This document shows positions 63,398 to 64,000 of a DNA stretch of 64,000 bases, piece after piece. Numbering within the stretch: the stretch's first letter is position 1; every line of letters begins with the position of its first letter. The notes beneath the pieces are model-generated. The model worked only from the letters and a program-made list of their open reading frames with translations. It made no database searches and was not told where the DNA came from. Source of the DNA: the human T2T-CHM13v2.0 reference genome, Homo sapiens. Made by a program: the position numbers and the translations under genes. The stretch lies in NCBI RefSeq assembly GCF_009914755.1, contig NC_060933.1, one strand, 5' to 3'.

Positions 63398-64000
63398 CTC
63401 ACTCTGCTTTCATTGACGGAGCATGGCTGCTTTTTGTTTTGTTTTTTCCCCCTAGTTGATTATGGCTGGAGTAGGGTGGGCATGGTGAGCAGGGTTTTTG
63501 TTTTACTGGTCCTCACCTTTCCTGTACCTTTGGCTAGAGAGAGTAGGCTTTCCTTGAAGCATTTTTTGTTTCTGTTCATTGGCACTTCTAGGTGGTGAGT
63601 TTCTCTAGGAACTAGCTTGGGGTAGGTAGGAGGAAAGAAGAAAACTCAAGGAACTCACCACTGTGAGTCACTTCTCTAATGTTGTTCCACTACTCCTGAG
63701 CTCCCTATTCTATCCTTCTTCTTTTCCCTACTTTTCAAAGTCTCATGTTTGTTTTATTATGTTCTGGGTTTTTATAATTAATTAGCAGGAGGAATAGAGA
63801 TAAATACATCTACTCCTTGTTGGGAAACAGAAGTTTCAGCTTGTTTTTCTATGGGCCAGGCAGTCTTACTTTTGAGTCATTCATTAATATCTAGTTTCAT
63901 ACTCAGTCTTAACTGTTTAAGTAATAAGATGTACCCCTTTTTCTGCAATAATGTTTCTTTTAAATGTAAGGTTAGAATCTACAAAAAAAGATATACTATT

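Overview
Primate (most likely human) genomic DNA from inside the centlein gene (CNTLN, + strand). Six internal coding exons (12829-12991, 23691-23885, 45202-45378, 47174-47299, 55398-55519, 56896-57015) splice by GT-AG into one continuous coiled-coil reading frame. The rest is repeat-rich intron. The first 10.3 kb is a nested retroelement stack, all antisense to the gene: a near full-length young L1 (L1PA2/3-like) and a solo LTR12C, both inserted into an older L1. There are also 21 Alus, Tigger/MER DNA transposons, L2, MIR, MLT2 and THE1 relics, and two repeat-free blocks that look like conserved regulatory elements. The main hypothesis concerns the young L1. It has dead ORF1/ORF2 but an intact 71-aa ORF0, and ORF0's second splice donor is exactly in frame with the next CNTLN exon. 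This predicts an L1-promoter-driven ORF0-centlein fusion. The same L1 also carries an antisense poly(A) signal (gene-breaking layout). Other leads: a truncated isoform ending at an L1-derived poly(A) signal, a 545-nt circRNA candidate with an almost full-circle ORF, a 170-bp G-tract expansion in LTR12C, and a UG-flanked Alu poison exon. Gene and repeat names come from recognising sequence by eye, not from database searches. No prokaryotic-type systems (CRISPR, rRNA, operons) are present.
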